From the IMG/VR virus record IMGVR_UViG_3300031521_000030, positions 33,129-97,128 of that record: a stretch of 64,000 nucleotides of DNA. One strand, given 5' to 3'. A program made the position numbers and the translations under genes. Of this stretch, positions 57,821 through 64,000 are shown in pieces. The notes under the pieces are model-generated. The model was not told where the DNA came from. It searched no databases and worked only from the letters and a program-made list of their open reading frames with translations. Numbering within the stretch: the first letter of the stretch is position 1; each line of letters begins with the position of its first letter. Source of the stretch: a virus.

Positions 57821-57876
57821 TCCAACCCGGCGGGGTTCAATCCCCCGCCAAAAAAACTCTCATTTGTCTGTTGCCT

Positions 57877-57895
57877 TTAACCGAACCATTGGCAA
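57877..57895 (-). promoter_or_regulatory. inverted operator copy
   Basis: Reverse complement reads TTGCCAATGGTTCGGTTAA. Confidence 0.65.
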
Positions 57896-57950
57896 TCATA
57901 CCCACGTTAAAACGATTTTCAAACCTTAAAAGAAAGAAGAGGATACTACC

Positions 57951-58457
57951 ATCAGCCACACCACTTCCGTAAAGACGGTCCCAATCAAAAGCCGCTCCGC
58001 ATTGCAAGCGGCGGTCAATGAACTGCAACTCAAGGGGGTCAAATGCTCCCTCCTAACGGATGCCAAACCCCGCATGTATTACAAGGACCAGATGCAGCGG
58101 CATCTTGGCCAAGCCAGTGAGGTTTGCCCGCTGGTCCTCCACCTCGATGATTGCGCTTATGATGTTGCTTTCATCCAAGCCGAGGATGGGGCACTAACTC
58201 CGGTCTTCGACGATTGGGTGCCAAGCTCCGGCGGCAAGGCCATCAAAGCGGTGCTTGGGGCCGCCTACAAAGGCAAGGTCGAGCATTGGTCCGGCAACCG
58301 GGCCGAAACCGAGCAAACCCTCCACAGCATTGGACGGCTCTTGCAGGGTTATAGCAAATACACGGCCATTGAGTCGGCCACCGCCGATGGCTTTATCATT
58401 GAAAGCTGCACCGAAGACGAGTTGGGCAACATCCAACTTCGCCTCACCAACTGCTAG
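57951..58457 (+). CDS. DUF1257-like protein with probable ATC start
   Basis: (I/M)SHTTSVKT..I.S..AL..A...L; YDVAF...DG....FDDW; L.Q.Y; G.I.L. Confidence 0.7.
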   Translation: MSHTTSVKTVPIKSRSALQAAVNELQLKGVKCSLLTDAKPRMYYKDQMQRHLGQASEVCPLVLHLDDCAYDVAFIQAEDGALTPVFDDWVPSSGGKAIKAVLGAAYKGKVEHWSGNRAETEQTLHSIGRLLQGYSKYTAIESATADGFIIESCTEDELGNIQLRLTNC

Positions 58458-58468
58458 GAGGAAACATT

Positions 58469-58516
58469 ATGAACGACCGAGCAATTCTCATTACGATTGA
58501 CAAGGCAACACCATGA
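58469..58516 (+). pseudogene. displaced original 5' end of the DUF2997 gene (MNDRAILITIDKATP*)
   Basis: AGGAGG SD; matches the N-terminus of 58997; ATGA-coupled to the HNH gene. Confidence 0.7.
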
Positions 58517-58992
58517 AGACCCCGGCGAACCTTGCACAGTCCTTTTGGCCAAGGGTGGCCACCGAGGCCCCTGATAAATGTTGGGCTTGGCTCGGCCAGT
58601 TAAATGATCGTGGGTATGGCGTTACCCAAGTTGGTGGTCGCCTTGGCCTCAACACCCGAGCAAGCCGCATTGGCTTTGCCTTATGGCATGGGGTTACCCT
58701 TGAAACCATAGAGGGCCTTGAGGTTTGCCACACCTGTGACAACCCAAAATGCGTAAACCCTAACCACCTATTCATTGGCACCCACGCGGATAATGTTGCT
58801 GATATGGTAGCAAAAGGAAGGCAAGCACGGGGTATCAAGAATGGTTCAGCTAAACTTACTTGGCCCCTTGCCCGAGAGATTCGGGCGTTGCACAAAACGG
58901 GGGTATATAAACAAAAGCAGTTGTGCCAACGCTTTGGTATAACGCAAGGAACCCTTAACCCACTACTCAACCAAAAAACTTGGAAGGAATAA
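58513..58992 (+). CDS. HNH homing endonuclease
   Basis: CWAWLG....GYG, VCHTCDNPKCVNPNHLFIGTHADNVADM..KGR. Confidence 0.9.
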   Translation: MKTPANLAQSFWPRVATEAPDKCWAWLGQLNDRGYGVTQVGGRLGLNTRASRIGFALWHGVTLETIEGLEVCHTCDNPKCVNPNHLFIGTHADNVADMVAKGRQARGIKNGSAKLTWPLAREIRALHKTGVYKQKQLCQRFGITQGTLNPLLNQKTWKE

Positions 58993-58996
58993 ATAT

Positions 58997-59200
58997 ATGC
59001 AAGATCAGCGTTCTATACTCGTAACCATAGATAGTGTCGGAAGACCGAAAATTGAGGCCATTGGCTTTACCGGGGGCACCTGCAAGGAGGCAACCAAGAA
59101 CCTGCTGGCCGCCTTTGGCGGGGCCGGGGAAACGGTTGAAAAGCCCGAGATGGGCTATATTGAAATCGAAGGCGAGCAGCACGAACATTTGACGATGTAA
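58997..59200 (+). CDS. DUF2997 family protein
   Basis: I.VTID..G...IEAIGFTG..CKEAT..L. Confidence 0.75.
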   Translation: MQDQRSILVTIDSVGRPKIEAIGFTGGTCKEATKNLLAAFGGAGETVEKPEMGYIEIEGEQHEHLTM

Positions 59201-59206
59201 CCCTTT

Positions 59207-59293
59207 GCGGGCGGGGCATTGAGGGCACTCCCTAAGAATGGGGTAAAGAGCAGGAATCGACCCCTGCCGGTGAGCGACCTGAACCCCGTCCGC
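59207..59293. ncRNA. candidate structured RNA/regulatory element
   Basis: 10-bp closing stem GCGGGCGGGG/CCCCGTCCGC enclosing GCAGG/CCTGC and CCC/GGG hairpins. Confidence 0.35.
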
Positions 59294-59302
59294 CCTTTTC
59301 CT

Positions 59303-59647
59303 ATGAACCAACTCATTACAATCCGACCGGACGGCTCCATTACCGGCCTTGATTTCAAGCGGGCGGGCTTGGACCTCCGCAAGCTAGGCAAGGCCCAAAC
59401 GGAGCGCGTCTCCGAGGTTACCTTTGCCGAGGAGCGGCAGCAATGGTTGGTGCAATATGTTGCACTACCCGGTATGCAAGGCAACATGACCCTCTTCAAC
59501 GTCGCCCAAAGCAAGGCCGACCTTTCCAAGTTGACCTACTTCATAGGGGCACCCGCCAACACGCTTTACTTCCCCGACTATGAGGACGCGGTTGCCGCCG
59601 AGGTTGCGGTTATCCAAGGGCTGCGGGAACAGGGACTTTGCCTCTAA
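59303..59647 (+). CDS. conserved protein of the AAA/DUF1257/DUF2997 cluster
   Basis: ITIRPDGSI.GL...LDL..LG....ERVSEV.F....W...F..YE.AVAAEV. Confidence 0.65.
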   Translation: MNQLITIRPDGSITGLDFKRAGLDLRKLGKAQTERVSEVTFAEERQQWLVQYVALPGMQGNMTLFNVAQSKADLSKLTYFIGAPANTLYFPDYEDAVAAEVAVIQGLREQGLCL

Positions 59648-60102
59648 TGGCCATGCAACCACCGCCGGATGCCTCTAAGAGTCTCCCTCTATTGTGGAGG
59701 GGGTTGAAGTTGTCCCAAGGCATCTGCCATCTGGACGACCAACCCGCCGTAATTAGTTGCCGGAAGTGGCAGGGACAAACCTTCCCAAAGTTCGGCTCCA
59801 TTGCCATGGTTCGGCAGTTGGATGTTGGCCCCAAGCGCATCAAAATCCGGCGGGAGATAAGCATCCGGGTGTCCGACTTTGACCATTGGGCAACCACGAA
59901 GCAGACGGCGGTTTTGGTTAAGCTCCACTCCTTGCCCCAATACTTTGAACTGCGGTTATGCACCCCGGCAAGCATAGCCTTGCTTTGTGATATAGAGAAG
60001 CGGGACGACGCCGAATACCTCTTGGCACTATCCGGTTTCCAGTTCCCCTTCTTCACTTGGAATAATATGGCCCCCCAATTCCCCGAGCATGCCCCCAACT
60101 AG
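59638..60102 (+). CDS. hypothetical protein
   Basis: ORF; start uncertain. Confidence 0.5.
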   Translation: MPLMAMQPPPDASKSLPLLWRGLKLSQGICHLDDQPAVISCRKWQGQTFPKFGSIAMVRQLDVGPKRIKIRREISIRVSDFDHWATTKQTAVLVKLHSLPQYFELRLCTPASIALLCDIEKRDDAEYLLALSGFQFPFFTWNNMAPQFPEHAPN

Positions 60103-61411
60103 CAAAATCCTTCCCTCCGATTACTGCCACATCGGGAGGCAACTGAACCGGGCATTATTCCCCTTGCTGGACCTGCATGAGCGGGCCGTGGTTCAATTCG
60201 TTTTTGATCGGACCATCGGTTGGGGAAAGCTCTTTGAAACCCTATCGGCCAACAACATCGTGGATGGCATGGTCAGCAAGCAGGGGACTTGGATTGCATC
60301 GCCCACCCCCATGTCGCTCCGCAAGGCATATACAACGCTCCGGTGCCTTGTGGCCAATGAAATCCTCCTAACCACCATTGGCTCCTTTGGCAAATATGGA
60401 GCCCCGGCCTATGGCCTCAACATCGACCCTGACACTCTTATGCTCCGCTTACCTAAAAATGCAATCAAACGGGACCCCGCCCTCCGGGCCAAGAAGGAGG
60501 AAACTGCAACAAGTTGCAGGGAATTAAGCCGAAATTACACGGTGACCCCTAGCACGCCGTGCCAGTCCCCCCTAGCACACGGTGCCACCCCCCCTAGCAC
60601 GCCGTGCCAGTCAGAAGATGAAGGGAAGAAAATAGGAACTGAATTAAAAAGGGAGCCGGGAGAGGAACCCGGCAGCGCAAAGGAGCGAGTAGAAGCAAAG
60701 GCCCATGAGTCCTCCTTGAAAACTCACTCCCTATTGCACAAGAAGGTGGTGGATGCCATGACCAAGGCACGGCCCAGCGGGGCCGAGGTTCAGGGGATAT
60801 GGAATGCCGCTCTAGCCGAGACATTCCCTAATGCCGATGTAATGGTCTGGACCAAGAAGGAGATTGTGCGGGTCAACCAGTTTTGTCGGCGTTACGGTAA
60901 TGGAATCCATAAAATGACCTTCGGGGCTTTTATTGATTGGGCAGTTAGGTCGTGGCGTTACGTTTTGGAGTCTAAGTTCCGCCGCATGGCAAGCCGGGAG
61001 GAGTTCCCCGTTATGCGGTTCCTCATTGCGTTTGAGGCCACCTTCCTTGGGGTTGCCAACCGTTGGGACGAATTGGCCAAGGAGGTGGTGATGCCGTCGC
61101 GGGATAGAGCCATTAAACACCTTGTGGAAGGCCGTATGCCCCTTAACATCGCCGAGCAAGAGGTTGACGCCCGTTCCGGGGTAACCAACGACCTGCGCAA
61201 GAATCAAAAGGTCCTTGCAGACATCAAGGTTGCAACCCTCAACTTTGAGCGCACCCGCCAACGGGAAGAGAATTTGGCACTCGCCCGGAAAGGGTTTGTC
61301 AAGGCCCCAACCCCACCGCCAACCAAGCTCCGCAAGCCGGAAGAAATTGCTGCTGAGTTTGCCTCGATAGAACCGGGCTTTGGCCCTTATATTTCCCCGG
61401 AGCACCGTTAA
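60089..61411 (+). CDS. replication initiator (lambda O-like N-terminus)
   Basis: E..VVQFVFDRTIGWGK; internal iterons; upstream of loader and helicase. Confidence 0.7.
   Translation: MPPTSKILPSDYCHIGRQLNRALFPLLDLHERAVVQFVFDRTIGWGKLFETLSANNIVDGMVSKQGTWIASPTPMSLRKAYTTLRCLVANEILLTTIGSFGKYGAPAYGLNIDPDTLMLRLPKNAIKRDPALRAKKEETATSCRELSRNYTVTPSTPCQSPLAHGATPPSTPCQSEDEGKKIGTELKREPGEEPGSAKERVEAKAHESSLKTHSLLHKKVVDAMTKARPSGAEVQGIWNAALAETFPNADVMVWTKKEIVRVNQFCRRYGNGIHKMTFGAFIDWAVRSWRYVLESKFRRMASREEFPVMRFLIAFEATFLGVANRWDELAKEVVMPSRDRAIKHLVEGRMPLNIAEQEVDARSGVTNDLRKNQKVLADIKVATLNFERTRQREENLALARKGFVKAPTPPPTKLRKPEEIAAEFASIEPGFGPYISPEHR
60504..60519. repeat. 16-bp palindrome copy 20, in CDS
   Basis: CTGCAACAAGTTGCAG. 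Confidence 0.9.
60546..60612. repeat. three 22-bp iterons, putative replication origin
   Basis: CCCCTAGCACGCCGTGCCAGTC at 60546 and 60591, variant at 60569; A-rich tract follows. Confidence 0.75.
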
Positions 61412-61433
61412 TAGTTTCCCCCTCCTTTCCAAA

Positions 61434-61979
61434 ATGACAGACCAACAACAAAATCAGAAGGCAATGTTTGAAGCGGGCATCGACCGCGATTGCTATGACC
61501 GCAACATAGGCTTCGGCCCCCTCGGTGAAGGAGGCAAAACCGCCTACAACTGGTTAATGACTCAGGCATCGCAGGACATAACGGATGGCAAGGGCGTGGC
61601 GGTTGTGGGGAAGAATGCAAACGCTTACCTTGGGTTCCACCTCATTGCGCGGGGCTTGCTCCTTGGGTTCCACCAAAACGTCCGCGTCCTATCCATGCCC
61701 CGCCTCGTTGACTTCCTCGAAGCCAAGGAAGCCTACGAAGCCCTCGCCGAGCTTGATTGCCTCTTTATTGAGGGATTCTACTCCGACCATTACAAAACCG
61801 GCCCAGCGCCCTACAACAACGAGAAGATTTCGCAGTTGGAATGGTTGTTCCAATGGTTCACCAAAAAGGGTGGCCGGTTGTTCCTCCTAACCACGGACCC
61901 CCTGATAAACTGCCATTGGTGGACCCCCTTATTTATTGCCCGGTTGCAGCGGAAAACTATGGAGATCACCGTTTTATGA
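61434..61979 (+). CDS. degenerate DnaC/IstB-like helicase loader
   Basis: Position; GVAVVG (no GKT), LDCLFIEGF, LFLLTT. Confidence 0.5.
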   Translation: MTDQQQNQKAMFEAGIDRDCYDRNIGFGPLGEGGKTAYNWLMTQASQDITDGKGVAVVGKNANAYLGFHLIARGLLLGFHQNVRVLSMPRLVDFLEAKEAYEALAELDCLFIEGFYSDHYKTGPAPYNNEKISQLEWLFQWFTKKGGRLFLLTTDPLINCHWWTPLFIARLQRKTMEITVL

Positions 61980-63256
61980 GCCTCATCCACCAACTATTGC
62001 GGGCGGGGATTATGGCGGGCTCGCCCTCTATTTTCCGGGACATTGCAGCCCCACAGGTTTTGGAGGAGGAGGCAGCCGTTTGGACCTTTGCCCAAAACCA
62101 TTACCGACAATACGGGGTCCTCCCCACGGTTGAAACGCTTGGGGCCAATGGGCACCAAATGCAGTTGGCCTTGGAAACCCCGGCCTATTATGTCAACGAG
62201 ATTCGGAAGCGGTTTGCCTACCAACAGATTAGCGAGCGGCACCCCAACCTCACAAACGCGATGCGCAACTACCAACCGGAGGTCGCCTTGGCAACCATCC
62301 GGGAGATGCTCGCGGCGGTTGGACACTCGCTAAACCCCAACTCCGTTTCCAATCTCAACCAGCAACTCGGGCTCGTTTTGGAGGACTTTGATTATGCGAG
62401 GGAGCACCCCGGTTTGCGGGGAATCCCGCTCGGTTGGGACACCCTTGACCATGCAACCCTCGGAGCGCAGCCGGGCGACTTGATTGTCATTGCCGGGCGG
62501 CCAAGCATGGGTAAGTCATACCTCTTGCTCAAGGCGGCCCGAGCGGCATGGCTGGCGGGGCATAGCATAGCCTTCGTTTCAATGGAGATGAGCTTGATGC
62601 AAATTGCCCGGCGGTGGATTGCCATGGAAACCGGCATCAACCCTCGATTCATCCAGCAAGGCGCTCTATCACCGTGGGCGGAAAGCACCCTGCGGCACAA
62701 GGTTTCGGCCATATTAGAGGGCTCCGCACCATGCCACTTCCTAGCGGGGGACATGGAAAAGAACATCGCGGGGATTGAGGCGATGGTGGAGGAAACCAAC
62801 CCGAGCGCGATTTACATTGATGCGGCCTACCTCCTTTCCCCAAGCATCCGGGCCGGGGGCGGTTATGTTGCCAAGTGGGAGCAAATCTCCATGGTCATCA
62901 AGGAGTTGAAGCAGTTGGCCGTCAAATGGAACCGGCCAATCATCATTACGGTTCAGTTCAACCGCAACCTCAAAAGCAACGCAACCCGCGAGCTTGACAT
63001 GGGCGACATCGGCGGGTCCGATAGCATCCCGCAGGATTCGAGCGTGGTTATTGGCGCAAAGCGGGGGCCAAGCCCGCACCAAAACGTCCAGCGCATCCTT
63101 GAGATTATGAAAAACCGCGAAGGCGAAACCAAATCCTTCGCTTGCAACTTCCAATTTACCCCGATGGATTTCAACGAGATTCCCTATGTTGAGCCAATAG
63201 AAGGGGCGGCCCCCCAAGGACCAACCGATGTGAGTTGGATGGGCGGGAATACATAA
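61976..63256 (+). CDS. dnaB: DnaB-like replicative helicase
   Basis: GDLIVIAGRPSMGKS, VSMEMS, YIDAAYL, LKQLA, QFNR, SDSIPQDS, KNREG. Confidence 0.92.
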   Translation: MSLIHQLLRAGIMAGSPSIFRDIAAPQVLEEEAAVWTFAQNHYRQYGVLPTVETLGANGHQMQLALETPAYYVNEIRKRFAYQQISERHPNLTNAMRNYQPEVALATIREMLAAVGHSLNPNSVSNLNQQLGLVLEDFDYAREHPGLRGIPLGWDTLDHATLGAQPGDLIVIAGRPSMGKSYLLLKAARAAWLAGHSIAFVSMEMSLMQIARRWIAMETGINPRFIQQGALSPWAESTLRHKVSAILEGSAPCHFLAGDMEKNIAGIEAMVEETNPSAIYIDAAYLLSPSIRAGGGYVAKWEQISMVIKELKQLAVKWNRPIIITVQFNRNLKSNATRELDMGDIGGSDSIPQDSSVVIGAKRGPSPHQNVQRILEIMKNREGETKSFACNFQFTPMDFNEIPYVEPIEGAAPQGPTDVSWMGGNT

Positions 63257-63300
63257 GGTTATTTATTGCCCACTATGCAACATTCCATTACCCTTCCGGC

Positions 63301-63807
63301 ATGAGTAAACCTGCGATTGCCGAGTTAGACCGCTTTCTACAAAAAGCGGGGCCACAACCAGAGGACACTATGGCTTGCTGGGAATGGCAAGGTAGGAGGT
63401 CCTCAAAAGGTTATGGCCAGTTTGTTAGTGCAACCGGACTATCAGAAAGGGCGCACAGAGCCAGCTTTCGCCTATTTATAGGCCCACTTCCAAAAGGGCT
63501 GCATATTCTCCATTCCTGTGACAACCCTTGCTGTGTGAACCCAAAGCACCTTCACCTTGGGACGGATGCCGAAAATATGAAGGAGAGGGATGCCCGAGGG
63601 AGGGGATGTTTTCCCGGTAATCCCCGTCACCCACAGACAAAATTAACCTACGACCAAGTTGCCGCCATACGATCTACCTATGCCGCCGGTCGGGCGTCGG
63701 GCAGGAAATACGGTCTGCTTGCCGAACTAGGACGCCAATATGGCATCAACCGATCATCCGTCCTTGCAATAGTGCAGAGAGGCACTTGGAAAGAGAACAA
63801 CCACTAA
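63301..63807 (+). CDS. HNH homing endonuclease
   Basis: CWEWQG....GYG, AHRASF, LHSCDNPCCVNPKHL.LGT..EN; leaderless promoter TTGCCC-N17-TACCCT at 63266-63294. Confidence 0.9.
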   Translation: MSKPAIAELDRFLQKAGPQPEDTMACWEWQGRRSSKGYGQFVSATGLSERAHRASFRLFIGPLPKGLHILHSCDNPCCVNPKHLHLGTDAENMKERDARGRGCFPGNPRHPQTKLTYDQVAAIRSTYAAGRASGRKYGLLAELGRQYGINRSSVLAIVQRGTWKENNH

Positions 63808-63818
63808 ACCAGCAACCT

Positions 63819-64000
63819 ATGAGCACAACCGAGCTTCCAAAATCAGTCACCGATAATCTCAACATCATGGGCAGCCCTCTCGCCGAGGTCGTTGTTGTCT
63901 GCGATACGCCCCCCGCCAACGTGTGGGAGGCGGGCCAAGTCATGTCCGGCCAAGCCAGTCAACTCTTCGGGCGTTATGCCGAGGCCAGCGGGTTCACAAA
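63819..64000 (+). CDS. 3'-truncated uracil-DNA glycosylase family 4-like domain, possibly the N-terminus of an SPO1-type DNA polymerase
   Basis: GSPLAEVVVVCDTP......GQVMSGQASQLF. Confidence 0.5.
   Translation, partial: MSTTELPKSVTDNLNIMGSPLAEVVVVCDTPPANVWEAGQVMSGQASQLFGRYAEASGFT

Noticed and set aside
57829-57856. GGCGGGGTTCAATCCCCCGCCA as a tRNA gene, attP site or terminator
   Set aside because: Only a T-arm-like hairpin. There is no acceptor, D or anticodon arm, no integrase in the window, and it is followed by A's rather than U's.
171-60519. Palindrome repeats as a CRISPR array or as transposon ends
   Set aside because: Copies are kilobases apart, only 16 bp long, with no spacers, cas genes, transposase or target duplications.
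63230-63807. Terminal duplication between the DnaB end (SWMGGNT) and the HNH end (TWKENNH)
   Set aside because: TWK is a normal ending for this HNH family (also in ORF 58513); the similarity is too weak to count.

Overview
A 64-kb segment of a tailed dsDNA phage with a contractile (Myoviridae-type) tail, infecting a Gram-negative host. Essentially every credible gene lies on the + strand. Gene order: (1) about 19.5 kb of small early/accessory genes driven by a repeated sigma70-like promoter/operator, several apparently leaderless, including ParB-like, WGR, transglutaminase-like, HD-domain, thyA and RNase H fusion genes; (2) a PBSX/HK97-type head module with no terminase next to the portal; (3) P2-like baseplate and tail genes with a LamG tail fibre; (4) a lysis cassette with a candidate unimolecular spanin; (5) a Ycf46-like AAA ATPase/DUF1257/DUF2997 module; (6) a replication module (initiator with iterons, degenerate DnaC-like protein, DnaB, start of a UDG-like ORF). 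Three patterns stand out. First, 20 copies of a 16-bp palindrome STGCAACWWGTTGCAS occur at quasi-regular spacing of about 3-4 kb, including inside genes. Second, four of six free-standing homing endonuclease genes sit inside the end of a host gene and carry a synonymously recoded replacement of that end. Third, a C-terminal peptide R-x-[IVL]-[DE]-[ML] is shared by several mostly unrelated proteins and by the AAA ATPase. All family assignments come from motif recognition by eye, not database searches.
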